Shown here one piece after another: positions 27,481 through 37,470 of a stretch of 64,000 nt of DNA. Origin of the DNA: a bacterium (GTDB lineage: Archaea > Micrarchaeota > Micrarchaeia > Micrarchaeales > CABMGC01); NCBI GenBank assembly GCA_021829835.1, contig JAKBPE010000002.1, positions 21,498 to 85,497 of the forward strand. Reading direction: 5' to 3'. Position numbers and translations under genes: made by a program. The notes beneath the pieces were generated by a model. It was not told where the DNA came from and made no database searches. It saw only the letters and a list, made by a program, of their open reading frames with translations. Within the stretch, counting starts at the first letter, position 1. Each line of letters starts with the position of its first letter.

Positions 27481-28536
27481 ATGAAAGCAAAAATACTCAA
27501 GCTAAAGAGATCTAATCCTGACCCTTCTAAAATACATATAGCTGCAGATGCCATCAGAAAGGGGAATCTAGTGGTATTTCCAACCGAAACGGTCTATGGC
27601 ATAGGCGCAGATGCCACTAATGCCTCAGCATGCAAGAAGATCTTTAAGGCAAAAAAGAGGCCTTCAGACAACCCTCTTATAGTCCATGTTTCAGACATGA
27701 AGATGGCAGAGGAGATAGCCTACATACCAAAAAGATACTATAAAACCATAGAAAAGATATGGCCAGCTCCAATAACCTTCATAATGAAAGCAAAAAAGGC
27801 ACTGCCAAGCGTAGTGACTTCCGGTCTCAATACTGTGGCTGTGAGGATGCCTGCAGATAAGATAGCTATACGCCTTATAAGCGAAAGTGGCACTCCGATA
27901 GCAGCGCCAAGTGCCAACCTCTCGAAAAAACCCTCATCGACATCGGGAAAACATGCTATAAACTACTTCAAAAAATCAGTTGGCATTATACTAGATGCAG
28001 GTCCTTCCAAATTCGGGATAGAATCAACCGTATTGGATCTGCTCACATTCACCCTGCTCAGGCCCGGGGCATATACTCTTGATGAAATAACAAGGGCATT
28101 TGGAAAGAAACCAGGATTATTAAAAGAAACTGAAGAAACCTCAAAAATCAAAAAACCCAGAAGTCCCGGAATGAAATACAAACATTATTCTCCCGAGACC
28201 CAAGTCTTACTTTTTGAAGGTGACACTAAAGAAATGCGCAGCATTCTTATCAAATACAAAAAAAGGTTTGTTTTCATAGGTTCAAAAGAGACAGCATCGA
28301 AGCTTTCTGGCATATCTAAAAAGAATATAATATTAGGCAGAAAGAGTGACAGGAAATCAATAGCAAGGAATCTATTCAGAAGTCTTATAGACTTAGACTC
28401 ACTAGGCGCAGAGTTCTGTATAACAGAGAGCTTCAGCGAAAAGGACTACGGACTCGCTATAATGAACAGGCTGAGAAAAGCCTCAGGGTATAAGTACTTT
28501 AGGACAGCGGAAGATATTCAAAATTACATCAAATAA
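27481..28536 (+). CDS. L-threonylcarbamoyladenylate synthase (Sua5/YrdC family, with a Sua5 C-terminal domain)
   Basis: VVFPTETVYGIGADA, KKRPSDNPLIVHV, AVRMP, IAAPSANLS and GIESTVLD are present. Confidence 0.9.
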   Translation: MKAKILKLKRSNPDPSKIHIAADAIRKGNLVVFPTETVYGIGADATNASACKKIFKAKKRPSDNPLIVHVSDMKMAEEIAYIPKRYYKTIEKIWPAPITFIMKAKKALPSVVTSGLNTVAVRMPADKIAIRLISESGTPIAAPSANLSKKPSSTSGKHAINYFKKSVGIILDAGPSKFGIESTVLDLLTFTLLRPGAYTLDEITRAFGKKPGLLKETEETSKIKKPRSPGMKYKHYSPETQVLLFEGDTKEMRSILIKYKKRFVFIGSKETASKLSGISKKNIILGRKSDRKSIARNLFRSLIDLDSLGAEFCITESFSEKDYGLAIMNRLRKASGYKYFRTAEDIQNYIK

Positions 28537-28694
28537 GTGAAAAATAAGGTTCCACTAGCCTGTCCTAAAAAGTCAGCGTAAACATGTCTTCATCTAAGAC
28601 GGAACATCTATTAGAAGGCATTTGCACAATATGTATCATATCTGCCAAGATTTATATATCAGGGGTTTCAGATATACTGTAAAGGTGGAAACAT

Positions 28695-29663
28695 ATGTAC
28701 AACAATAATATAAACGGTCATAAAAATCCTGTTTCTGTAAAAGGAAATAAATTTGGGAATGCCACAGCTATAAAGATTTTTGCCTTGATGGCTATCATAT
28801 CTTTGCAATTTATATTGTTCCCAATAAACGCATCACAGGCAGGCTCAAACAGCCTTTCATTTACCACTGCACAACATCCAACTATTACTATTTCCGTACA
28901 GAACTATACCGACATACAAGGTCACAACGACATTCTTACTGCAACTACAAGTTATTCTAGTGATCAGCTCAGCCTTGTTATAGACAATCATGTATCAAAA
29001 TTTGGGATAGGTTCATTAACATTCAATCTCTCAGTACTGCCTATAGGCACACATTATGTAAGCGCATGCGACAAGCAGGCAGAGTTCTGCTCGCCCTTGA
29101 AAACTATTATAATAAAAGGAGCCCCTGCACCTGCCGCACCACAGCAGACCCAGCCAACAAGCAGCAGTTCTACTTCAAATAAATCAACATCGAGCTCACC
29201 AACAACCTCAAACACTGAGACAGCAACTACACCAACTACTGCCCAACAGCAGACTTCAAGCAGTGGAACATCAAATAATTCTTCGTATACCTCTGCTTAT
29301 AATTCGAATACGGCGACAAGCGGAAATACTACATCTAAAAATACAACTGTCTCAACAAAGCCCGTAAGCACATATCAGAATAACAACCTAACAGCCACAA
29401 CAGGAACAAACAATACCACCTCTGCAAATACCATAACTTCAAAGACAAGCAACTCATCAACTTTGGCTGCAACCCAGAACAGTACAACGGCAACAGGCAC
29501 AGCCAATGCTTCCTCACAGAGCGGAAATACCACAACAACAAGCTTCAGCGGAGGCGTTTCCATAGGTACCATACTGCCAGTACTTCTAGGTATTGCCATA
29601 GCAATAGCTTTGGGTTACACCGTACTAAACAACAGAAAGAAGGGTGTTCAGGGAGCTGTATAA
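28695..29663 (+). CDS. Thr/Ser/Asn-rich secreted protein with a C-terminal membrane anchor
   Basis: Signal-peptide-like hydrophobic N-terminus, an Ig-like roughly 110-aa domain, about 170 aa of low-complexity T/S/N/Q, and the terminal TM GTILPVLLGIAIAIALGYTVL followed by NNRKKG. Confidence 0.6.
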   Translation: MYNNNINGHKNPVSVKGNKFGNATAIKIFALMAIISLQFILFPINASQAGSNSLSFTTAQHPTITISVQNYTDIQGHNDILTATTSYSSDQLSLVIDNHVSKFGIGSLTFNLSVLPIGTHYVSACDKQAEFCSPLKTIIIKGAPAPAAPQQTQPTSSSSTSNKSTSSSPTTSNTETATTPTTAQQQTSSSGTSNNSSYTSAYNSNTATSGNTTSKNTTVSTKPVSTYQNNNLTATTGTNNTTSANTITSKTSNSSTLAATQNSTTATGTANASSQSGNTTTTSFSGGVSIGTILPVLLGIAIAIALGYTVLNNRKKGVQGAV

Positions 29664-29834
29664 AGCGCTCTCTGCTCCCCTAAAAAGCTTTAGACTGCGG
29701 TGTATATCAAGTTTTCTTCAGAAATCCCACTTAGCATGCGGTACCTCTGTCTGCGCGAAATCTTCCTTGCAACTCTTTCTTAATAATAGAAAAATATTAG
29801 AAAAAGAAAAAAGAAAGCGCCGCCTACTTATCTA

Positions 29835-30890
29835 TTAGGTTATTGCCAATGTCCTTCTAATATGAAGCAGTAATGCCAGGAATCCTACCACTATAAGCAT
29901 CAAAGGGAAGATTTTGAGGCCAACGCCTGCAATTGAAAGGTAGAGTCCTGATGCTATTCCCATGAATCCGAAGAGCAGAGGCATTGCCGGAAGCGGTTTC
30001 CTATACCTCCTTAGCAGATACATGGTAAAAGATACTCCTAATATTGCACTGATTCCCACGATTGCAGCTAGGTAGTAATCAGAAAGGAATGAATATGCAC
30101 TTACCATGGCTGTAAGCGGCAGTGCAATATCACCTTCTCCAAGCGATACATGGGAGATTATAGGAACCTTTCCCTCTGAGAGCATCTTTACAAAACGTGG
30201 ATTTTTGTATTCGCCTGTTTTTCTTATAATCTTCAAATAGGACTTTCTGTCTTGGGGGGAGAGCATGCTTGAAGGAAGAGCCTCCACCTCGGAGACACTC
30301 ATAAGGAAAGCGGCATCGTTTTCTACAAAAAAGCGAGCAAGCTTCTGCATCTCTTTAGTTTTGAATACCGCAACATAATCATATACTGCAAACAATGCAA
30401 TTCCTATCATAACATACTCGAAGCTGAAGCTGAAGCCTAAAAGTATCCCTATTCCAATACTTGATGTTATAGTTGCAATATCCTTTGTGCTCTTATATCT
30501 CTCCTTTAAAAGAGCTATAGCCAATGCGATTGTAACCGAAGCAAAAAAAAGCAGATATTCCGGAATCTGGGCTCTTGATATGATTATCAGAAGCAGCAAG
30601 ACAAAGAAGAAGGAGGTTATGGTAATGATTATGGCTTCAAGCAGTCTGAAGAGGAGCCTGCCTCTATACCTAAGGTGCCTTCTTATGACAAGCACAGTGA
30701 CTATCAGCAAAAGAAGAATATCAACCGAATACGAGAATCCTAAAAAATACGGGCTGGATAAGCTGCTATACATGAAAGAAAGGCTTGATGTCTTTACTGC
30801 CTCATGAGCTACAAGGAATCCTACCGCCATTGTTATTGCAAATAACCCTATTATCTCGGAAATGCTCCTCATGCCCAGATGTCTTGGCAA
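29835..30890 (-). CDS. Presenilin/signal-peptide-peptidase-like intramembrane aspartyl protease (archaeal PSH-like)
   Basis: Polytopic membrane protein with a YD motif (LFAVYDYVAVF), a GxGD motif (SLGEGDIALP) and a PAL-like PAMPLL near the C-terminus. Confidence 0.65.
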   Translation of the reverse strand: MPRHLGMRSISEIIGLFAITMAVGFLVAHEAVKTSSLSFMYSSLSSPYFLGFSYSVDILLLLIVTVLVIRRHLRYRGRLLFRLLEAIIITITSFFFVLLLLIIISRAQIPEYLLFFASVTIALAIALLKERYKSTKDIATITSSIGIGILLGFSFSFEYVMIGIALFAVYDYVAVFKTKEMQKLARFFVENDAAFLMSVSEVEALPSSMLSPQDRKSYLKIIRKTGEYKNPRFVKMLSEGKVPIISHVSLGEGDIALPLTAMVSAYSFLSDYYLAAIVGISAILGVSFTMYLLRRYRKPLPAMPLLFGFMGIASGLYLSIAGVGLKIFPLMLIVVGFLALLLHIRRTLAIT

Positions 30891-30970
30891 TTAAAAACCT
30901 GAATATACTTCCAGTCTTTAGCTTATATACATTTTCATACAATATCCTACAATAAATAAAATGTGTTTAG

Positions 30971-31771
30971 ATGGACACTGAGATAGGGATAATAGGAGGC
31001 TCCGGATTTTATTCGCTGCTTGAGGAGCCTGAAGCTATTGATGTAGATACCAGATATGGGAAGCCAAGCGACAGAATCTCTCTGGGCAGGCTCGGAAGCT
31101 CCAAGGTAGCATTTCTTCCAAGGCATGGCATCAAGCATACCCTTCCTCCGCATAAGGTGCCATATAGGGCAAATATCGATGCGCTATCACAGCTTGGTGT
31201 AAAAAGGATAATCTCTACTGCATCTGTAGGATCCCTAAAAAAAGAGTTCAAGCCAGGCGATTTCGTTCTTTTTGACCAGTTTTTCAACATGACGCATGGA
31301 AGGCAGGATACCTTCTACGACGAAGATAAGGTCGCGCATGTGGGCATGGCCGATCCTTACTGCAGCGAGATGCGCGAAATTGCTTCTGAAACCCTCCGGG
31401 AGTTAGGGATAAGCCACCACAAAAACGGAACTGCTGTAGTGGTAAACGGCCCAAGGTTTTCATCAAAGGCAGAATCAAGATTCTTCAGCGGACAGGGATT
31501 CGAGACAATAAACATGACGCAGTATCCAGAGGCTGCACTTGCACGCGAAAAAAGCCTATGTTATCTGGGAATAGGCATAGTCACCGATTATGATGTGGGC
31601 CTGGAAGGAGAGGAAGGAATCTCTCCTGTAAGCGCCGATGAGATAATATCTGTCTTCGGAAAAAATGTATCTAAGGCTAAAAGCCTCATAAAGGAGATAC
31701 TGCCAAAATTAAGCCCCGAACGCAAATGCCAATGCAAACGCTCCCTAGAAGGCGCATTCATAAGCCACTGA
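30971..31771 (+). CDS. mtnP: S-methyl-5'-thioadenosine phosphorylase
   Basis: IGIIGGSGFY, FLPRHG, ISTASVGSL, ETINMTQYPEA and GIVTDYD are present. Confidence 0.9.
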   Translation: MDTEIGIIGGSGFYSLLEEPEAIDVDTRYGKPSDRISLGRLGSSKVAFLPRHGIKHTLPPHKVPYRANIDALSQLGVKRIISTASVGSLKKEFKPGDFVLFDQFFNMTHGRQDTFYDEDKVAHVGMADPYCSEMREIASETLRELGISHHKNGTAVVVNGPRFSSKAESRFFSGQGFETINMTQYPEAALAREKSLCYLGIGIVTDYDVGLEGEEGISPVSADEIISVFGKNVSKAKSLIKEILPKLSPERKCQCKRSLEGAFISH

Positions 31772-31886
31772 ATCTAAGAAAGGCTTGTATACACGGAGAC
31801 TTCACTGTATCTAGGCAAAAACATATGCTTATAAATATTCTTACTCAATAAATAAGATACGAAAAAGTCTTAGGCTAGACTTCTTC

Positions 31887-31899
31887 ATAAAATTAATAT
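31887..31899 (+). promoter_or_regulatory. TATA-box-like element upstream of rps15 (possibly a leaderless or short-leader transcript)
   Basis: ATAAAATTAATAT lies 14-26 nt upstream of the rps15 ATG. No purine-rich SD is obvious in between. Confidence 0.3.
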
Positions 31900-31912
31900 C
31901 CCGAGTGTCATA

Positions 31913-32377
31913 ATGGCAAGAATGCATACTGGAAAACACGGAAAATCAAAATCAAGGAAACCTCCTGTAGAGATAGGAAAAGCCCCGGAAGATCTTAAAA
32001 TTTCAAAAGATGAGATAGAGAAGCTCATAGAAGGCTATTCAAAGCAAGGCTTAGGACCTGAAATAATAGGCCAATATCTGAAAGACAAGCATGGCGTTCC
32101 ATATGTAAGACAGGTAATGGGAAAGAGGCTTGTTCAGATAATGGACGAAAAAGGATTATCGAGAGAGCTTCCTTCAGACATGATAAATCTCATGCGCAAA
32201 GCTGTAGGCCTCAGAAAGCATCTGGCATCCAATAAGCAGGACCTGCATAACAGGCTCAGGCTTACAAGGACAGAATCTAAAATCTGGAGACTTAGCAAAT
32301 ACTACAAGGGCAAAGGCACGCTTCCAAAATCATGGAAATATGACCCAGAACAGGCCGCGCTTATTATAAAAGGCTGA
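31913..32377 (+). CDS. rps15: 30S ribosomal protein S15 (uS15, S13e type)
   Basis: MARMHTGKHGKSKSRKP N-terminus and the typical C-terminal S15 helices (DLHNRLRLTRTESKIWRL). Confidence 0.92.
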   Translation: MARMHTGKHGKSKSRKPPVEIGKAPEDLKISKDEIEKLIEGYSKQGLGPEIIGQYLKDKHGVPYVRQVMGKRLVQIMDEKGLSRELPSDMINLMRKAVGLRKHLASNKQDLHNRLRLTRTESKIWRLSKYYKGKGTLPKSWKYDPEQAALIIKG

Positions 32378-32382
32378 TACTT

Positions 32383-32949
32383 ATGGCAATAACAAAAGGA
32401 ATGGAGAAATGGAAAGAGAAGAAATGGTTTGATGTATATCCGCCTGCACTTCTCGGCACAAATGTCATAGGGGAGATGCCTGCTGATGATGACAACAGGA
32501 TGATGGGAAGGATAATAAAGTCAAGCATGTCCTGGATAACAAGTAAAATGGAGCACTCATTCATGATAGTGGGCCTCAAGGTAATAAGCGTAAACGGCAA
32601 TTCAGCTCAGACAGAGCTCCAATACCTGGAGCAGACATACAGCTATCTTCACTCTCTTGTAAAGAGACACAGCAGTGCAATTTATACTGTGGACAAGCTC
32701 AAGGACAGTTCAGGAAAGCCCATAGTGCTAAAGCTTCTTGTTATAACAAGAAACAAGATAACAACAACCAAAAGAAAAGCCATAAGGAAGAAGATATCCG
32801 AGCTTTCAAAAGAGATAGTATCCAAAAAAGAAGGATCTGAAATAGTAAAGGACATAATAGAAGGCAATTTCCAAAAGGAATGCATAAAGAATGTCAACAA
32901 CATAGCAGACATATTCAAACTTGAGATAAAAAAGATAGAGATTGTCTGA
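32383..32949 (+). CDS. rps3ae: 30S ribosomal protein S3Ae (eS1)
   Basis: KEKKWFDVYPP... pattern, about 190 aa, adjacent to rps15. Confidence 0.9.
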   Translation: MAITKGMEKWKEKKWFDVYPPALLGTNVIGEMPADDDNRMMGRIIKSSMSWITSKMEHSFMIVGLKVISVNGNSAQTELQYLEQTYSYLHSLVKRHSSAIYTVDKLKDSSGKPIVLKLLVITRNKITTTKRKAIRKKISELSKEIVSKKEGSEIVKDIIEGNFQKECIKNVNNIADIFKLEIKKIEIV

Positions 32950-32994
32950 ACTCTTTTTCAGTAAGAGGCGCATTCAGCAAGAAAGCTGAAAAGC

Positions 32995-33498
32995 CTAATA
33001 AGACGCCTGAAGCTCCTTTTCAAGGTCATCTGCAACAATCTTTGAAATGTTTTTCTTCTCATCTTTTTTTGGCGCTGTTTTTTTCAGAAGGGAAGCCAGT
33101 ACTACTGCATTATTCCTCCTGTTGTCCTTAGACGCGTATACCAATGTGACATCCTCTACGGCTATCCTCTCCCTGAGGTTCTTCAATGCTGAATTATTAT
33201 GAAGCTCTTTGATATATCTCCTTTTGAATTCTTCCCATCTCTTAGGCTCATGATTAAACCACTTTCTGAGCTCTTCACTGGGGGCGATATCTTTAAGCCA
33301 TATGTCTATGTTAGAAGTGCTTCTTCTCACGCCACGAGGCCACAACCTATCTACAAGGATTCTCTTCCCATCAGTTATGCTCGCCTTGTCATATATCCTC
33401 TTAATTCCTAGTAACACGATTTCGCCATATCTATAAAAAAGACATAGTTTAAAAAGGCTACCTATAATTTTCTGCACATATCTGCTCATTTTCTTCAA
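32995..33498 (-). CDS. DUF488 family protein
   Basis: KRIYD...DGKRILVDRLWPRGV...IDIWLKDIAPSEELRKWFNHEP.RWEEFKRRY...LVYASKD. The true start may lie downstream of the track start. Confidence 0.75.
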   Translation of the reverse strand: MKKMSRYVQKIIGSLFKLCLFYRYGEIVLLGIKRIYDKASITDGKRILVDRLWPRGVRRSTSNIDIWLKDIAPSEELRKWFNHEPKRWEEFKRRYIKELHNNSALKNLRERIAVEDVTLVYASKDNRRNNAVVLASLLKKTAPKKDEKKNISKIVADDLEKELQASY

Positions 33499-33504
33499 AG
33501 TTGC

Positions 33505-35661
33505 CTAATCCAAATTCTCATTGCCGCTTTTCCTCCATAACTGTTCAGATGTCTGGCTGCGTATCTTCTCTGAGATATCCTTGCCGAAAAGTCTCTCCAG
33601 CTTTTCAGCAGATCCTGGCTTTTCCATATCGCTGACCTTCCTGATTCCCGCATTATACATCATTCTTGCCCTGACTCTACCCACTTGCTCAAGCCTTACA
33701 AGGTCAAGAAGCTCCTTCTTTATTCCATACCTGAGCCTCACCCTCAATTCAAGGATTCCTTTCTGTCTCTCTTTTATAAGCCTGGCAAGCTCCATGGCTG
33801 AGTAGGCTATCCAATTTGCATTCGAGAGCTTGGTATACAGCGAGCCGGGAGTCTCTCCATATTTGCTGAATATTTCAGCCTCGCTCTTTTCAGATATCCA
33901 ATCCCTCAGCATAAGCGCCGTGCTGAACGGCTTCTCAGGATCATAATAAGAGTTTATGTCACCATGCTGCTTTACCATACCGTAATACTTGTGCAGCTCA
34001 AGTTCTGCCTCTTCTGTGACTCTCGAGTAAGGCCTCATCTCTATATTATTGGTTATCATGAATAAGCCCGAGATGTCATCGTCTATTTTTGGTATTGTAT
34101 CAATTATCCATTTTGCTGATACCGGATCTATGTAAAGCTCGCTGACCTTGCTCCCTATTCTTGTAGGCATATATCCTTCCCGGGCTTTACTTATAAACTC
34201 CCAGTCCTCAAGCTCTGCAAGTATCTCATCAACTATCTCTGTTATGCCTATTCTGTCTGAGTACTGAATCCCATAAAATGTTCTAGAAAGGAAATCCAGG
34301 ATTTTTGCCCTCTCTCCAAGGAAACCTGAAGCTATAAATGCCAATAGGTGTGTTCTCAACACAGGCAGGACTCCAAGCTTAGATATAATGTTCTCAGGTT
34401 TCGCTTTGATATAATTGGAATCTATATATCCTATCTCTCCCTCGCTTTTTGCAACTATCAAAGCCCTTCCCTCGCTGTCGTAGCTGGGCCTTCCCGCCCT
34501 TCCAAACAACTGTAGTATCTCATTGACACTTATCTTCTGCATTCCTTCATTGCCGCTGTATCTTGTTGTATCCTTGACAAGAACCGTATGCGCGGGAAGG
34601 TTGACTCCATATCCAAGCGTAGTTGTAGCTGAAATTGCCTTGATGAATCCCTTTCTGAAGCCTTCTTCCACCGCTGCTCTCTGCCCATTGACAAGTCCGC
34701 TGTGATGGAAGGCGGATCCTTTCTTCACCAATTTTGCGAGTTTTTCGCACTGGGCTGTGGGCCTCTCTATGGCCTTCAATATTCTCTCTGAAATATCTTC
34801 AAGCTCTTTTCTCTCATCTATAGTAAGGTATCTTTCAGTGGCGGATGAAAGCTTTGCAGCTCCAGACTCAGCATTTCTTCTCGAGGAATAAAAGACTATC
34901 AACTGTTTCTTCTTATCAAGGGTATCTTCAGCCACGCGTACATCTACCATCTTGCTTGATCCTGAAAGGACAGATTCCTTGCCGTCGTGCAGAATTTTAT
35001 TGCCAATGATTATGCCCCTGTTAAGCGGTACAGGCCTGTAATCGCTCAATACAAGCTCAGCGCCAAGCCATTCCCTTATCTCATCGGGATTGCCTATTGT
35101 CGCGCTTAGCGCGACCACCTGTGCCCCAGGGTTCATCTCCTTTAATCTAGACACAAGTATCTCAAGCGTAGGTCCCCGGGATACATCATCTATCATATGT
35201 ATCTCATCAAATACAAAGACCCCCACATCACGAATCCATTCAGCTCCATGCCTTATCAGGCTGTCAAGCTTCTCTGTAGAGACAAACAAGGCATCATTCT
35301 TAGCAATATTATCATCCGAAGAGCTCAGATCCCCTATGGATATCCCTGATTCTATGTAAGGATAATCCTTCTTCATATCTAGAAACTTCTCGGTGACTAT
35401 TGCTCTCATAGGTGCCACATAGACTGCCTTGCTGTTTTTCCAGATTATCGCCTTCAGCATTGCCATCTCTGCTATAAGTGTCTTTCCGCTGGCTGTAGGC
35501 GCCGCAATTACCACATGTCTTCCTGAAAGAAGTCCCTTGGCGATTGCAGTCTCCTGTGGCGGAGTCAGCTTCACAATTCCTCTGTTAAGCATGCTCTCTA
35601 TGGCCTCGGCAGGCAACTCTCCCTTTAATTCTTCTATCTTCACAGCTTCACATCCTTTCAA
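33505..35661 (-). CDS. hel308: Ski2-like/Hel308 DNA helicase
   Basis: Walker A AAPTASGKT, DEIH box, SATIGN, HHSGL and QLFGRAGRP motifs, with a C-terminal helix-hairpin-helix-like domain. 718 aa. Confidence 0.9.
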   Translation of the reverse strand: MKGCEAVKIEELKGELPAEAIESMLNRGIVKLTPPQETAIAKGLLSGRHVVIAAPTASGKTLIAEMAMLKAIIWKNSKAVYVAPMRAIVTEKFLDMKKDYPYIESGISIGDLSSSDDNIAKNDALFVSTEKLDSLIRHGAEWIRDVGVFVFDEIHMIDDVSRGPTLEILVSRLKEMNPGAQVVALSATIGNPDEIREWLGAELVLSDYRPVPLNRGIIIGNKILHDGKESVLSGSSKMVDVRVAEDTLDKKKQLIVFYSSRRNAESGAAKLSSATERYLTIDERKELEDISERILKAIERPTAQCEKLAKLVKKGSAFHHSGLVNGQRAAVEEGFRKGFIKAISATTTLGYGVNLPAHTVLVKDTTRYSGNEGMQKISVNEILQLFGRAGRPSYDSEGRALIVAKSEGEIGYIDSNYIKAKPENIISKLGVLPVLRTHLLAFIASGFLGERAKILDFLSRTFYGIQYSDRIGITEIVDEILAELEDWEFISKAREGYMPTRIGSKVSELYIDPVSAKWIIDTIPKIDDDISGLFMITNNIEMRPYSRVTEEAELELHKYYGMVKQHGDINSYYDPEKPFSTALMLRDWISEKSEAEIFSKYGETPGSLYTKLSNANWIAYSAMELARLIKERQKGILELRVRLRYGIKKELLDLVRLEQVGRVRARMMYNAGIRKVSDMEKPGSAEKLERLFGKDISEKIRSQTSEQLWRKSGNENLD

Positions 35662-36025
35662 TATTATTTCTGGCTTCTTGATTTTTTATGGCCGATTACA
35701 AAACAAAAGAAGCACAATAACAACACTTATTCTCTGTAAAACTTGTATGCCGATATACTTATAATTATTGCAATATATCCACGCTGACACTCACATTTAA
35801 ATATCTATTTCTCTCAATTCTTTTTAAAAATAAAACAAAAAACAAAAGGGAAAAAATAAAATAAAATTAAAACCCAGGATAAGATAAAGATGTTCAACAA
35901 AATCTCACGGGCTGCGTATCCGGATTACGGATACTTCTCTGCTGCTTCTCCACTAAATATAAAAGAGGGAGCTATGCTTTTACTCTCGCTCTTTCATTTT
36001 CACGCTCATAAATTGAGGAAATAAT

Positions 36026-36451
36026 ATGTTGGGACCACATTTGACATTGGATTTGACAGGATGTGACGAAAGCGCACTTGCGTCTAAGGAACTTGTTTTC
36101 AAGGTACTTGACGAGATGCCTGCCCTGATAGGCATGCACAAGATTACTGCACCGCAGATCATACCGTATGATGGCAAGCCTGACTCTTTTGATAAAGGTG
36201 GGATTTCCGCCTTTGTGCTTATTGCGGAATCGCATATAACCATACACACCTGGAAGGAACAGAAGCATGCTTCGATAGACATCTTCTCATGCAAGGACTT
36301 CGATGTTGAAAAGGCTGTCCTCTATCTCTCATCTGTTTTCAAGCCAAAGAAAATAGAGAAGAATCTTATGATGAGAGGAAGGCACTTTGTCAAAGACGTC
36401 AGAAAGGTAAGAGTGGTAGTTGCTAGGGAGAGGACAACTCTCTCAAAGTAA
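36026..36451 (+). CDS. speH: Pyruvoyl-dependent S-adenosylmethionine decarboxylase family proenzyme (AdoMetDC, or possibly the arginine decarboxylase paralogue)
   Basis: Self-processing site motif LIAESHITIHTW, and the roughly 140-aa size typical of class 1 SpeH. GAGG lies 8 nt upstream of the ATG. Confidence 0.85.
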   Translation: MLGPHLTLDLTGCDESALASKELVFKVLDEMPALIGMHKITAPQIIPYDGKPDSFDKGGISAFVLIAESHITIHTWKEQKHASIDIFSCKDFDVEKAVLYLSSVFKPKKIEKNLMMRGRHFVKDVRKVRVVVARERTTLSK

Positions 36452-36490
36452 AGCTTATAAAGCTATCTATCCAATTCTCTAATTGATTAT

Positions 36491-36916
36491 ATGGTATTTG
36501 GGCTAGAAACAAAGGTAGAATGTCCAAGATGCAAAAAGACATTTACTCATACGTTTGTTCCGGGAGGAGCGATGACATCTGTAAGGCTTGGCAGGTATAG
36601 ATACATGAAGTGCCCTAAATGCAAGAAATACTCTAAATTTGATCTATTCAAGCATCTTGATGAGGATATCAAGACTCATCTTCCCATATCACAGGCTCTG
36701 AATGGGGTGGTACTTGGCCTTCTTGGAATTACCTCTTTCGTTATGAGCAACAACTACCAGTATGTGCATAATGCATTCATAGCGCTACGCGTCCTTTCGG
36801 TGCTATCGCTGGTGCTTGCCATACTCGTTCTAGTAGGCCTCTATGTATATATAGAAAGAGAACCTCAAAAGAAAGCAAGAGCGCCTGAAAAGAAAGCCAA
36901 AACGTCAAAGCGTTAG
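36491..36916 (+). CDS. Zinc-ribbon membrane protein, function unknown
   Basis: CPRCKK...CPKCKK zinc ribbon, two TM helices and a basic C-terminal tail. Confidence 0.55.
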   Translation: MVFGLETKVECPRCKKTFTHTFVPGGAMTSVRLGRYRYMKCPKCKKYSKFDLFKHLDEDIKTHLPISQALNGVVLGLLGITSFVMSNNYQYVHNAFIALRVLSVLSLVLAILVLVGLYVYIEREPQKKARAPEKKAKTSKR

Positions 36917-36958
36917 AAACCCTTAAAATCCTTAGGCGACTAATCTCATTGTTTATAC

Positions 36959-37030
36959 GCCCTGGTAGCTCAGTGGCAGAGCGCTTGTTTTGTAAACAAG
37001 AAGTCGAGGGTTCGATCCCCTCTCAGGGCT
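36959..37030 (+). tRNA. tRNA-Thr (anticodon UGU)
   Basis: Manual cloverleaf. Acceptor GCCCTGG/TCAGGGC, D-arm TAGCTCAGTGGCAGAGC, anticodon stem CTTGT/ACAAG with loop TTTGTAA, and T-arm GAGGG-TTCGATC-CCCTC. No encoded CCA. Confidence 0.9.
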
Positions 37031-37122
37031 TCTCCACTTAATTTGAATGCCAATCCACAAAATTTTATATACTTTTCTTAACACATGCTATTCTGAGAGA
37101 TCTAAGCAGAACGGCTCAGAGT

Positions 37123-37470
37123 ATGCTCTCAAGGATAGAAAATGATTCTAGAATAAACAAAAACAACAAGAATTACATAACTGACTTCATAATCTTCCTG
37201 CAGACCAAAGGAACCAAGCGTGCTACCGCCGAAAAATACATCTACCAGTATAAAAATTCCTCAAGGCCATTTGAGGAAGCTGGCCTGCTCAAGGCCGTTC
37301 GAGTGACCAGACTAGCTCCACCCTCGCTCGGCACGCAGTTCAGCTTAAGCTCGTTGTATGGGATTAGCTGTCCTCTGAAGATATTATTACTCCAGACAGC
37401 AGAACTTCACACTGGTTGGGTGGATTTGCAGGAAAGTTATGATAGATACAGCACTGGCCTTTTATCTTGA
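37123..37470 (+). pseudogene. Possible remnant of a tyrosine recombinase/integrase (N-terminal SAM-like domain only)
   Basis: Residues NKNYITDFIIFLQTKGTKRATAEKYIYQYKN fit the integrase N-terminal pattern. The rest of the ORF looks non-protein-like. It lies about 90 nt downstream of tRNA-Thr. Confidence 0.3.

Noticed and set aside
29140-29560. Repetitive-looking DNA (ACA, ACC, AGC and AAT runs) that might be a tandem repeat or CRISPR-like array.
   Set aside because: It is in frame within the 28695-29663 CDS and encodes low-complexity Thr/Ser/Asn. There are no regularly spaced identical repeats. No CRISPR-like repeat-spacer periodicity was seen anywhere in the window.
35820-35885. A-rich tract (AAAAATAAAACAAAAAACAAAAGGGAAAAAATAAAATAAAATTAAAA) upstream of speH.
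   Set aside because: It is a simple low-complexity intergenic sequence between divergent genes, plausibly a promoter spacer. There is no structure or repeat unit that supports a specific element.
37283-37345. tRNA-Leu(GAG)-like sequence on the minus strand inside the integrase-remnant ORF.
   Set aside because: An acceptor-like GCGAGGG, a 3-bp D-stem and a GGCC/GGCC anticodon stem with loop TTGAGCA can be drawn. Against this, there are three nucleotides instead of one between the D and anticodon arms, a mismatch in the stem, and no T-arm downstream. At best it is a degraded fragment or att relic, so it is mentioned only under the island finding.
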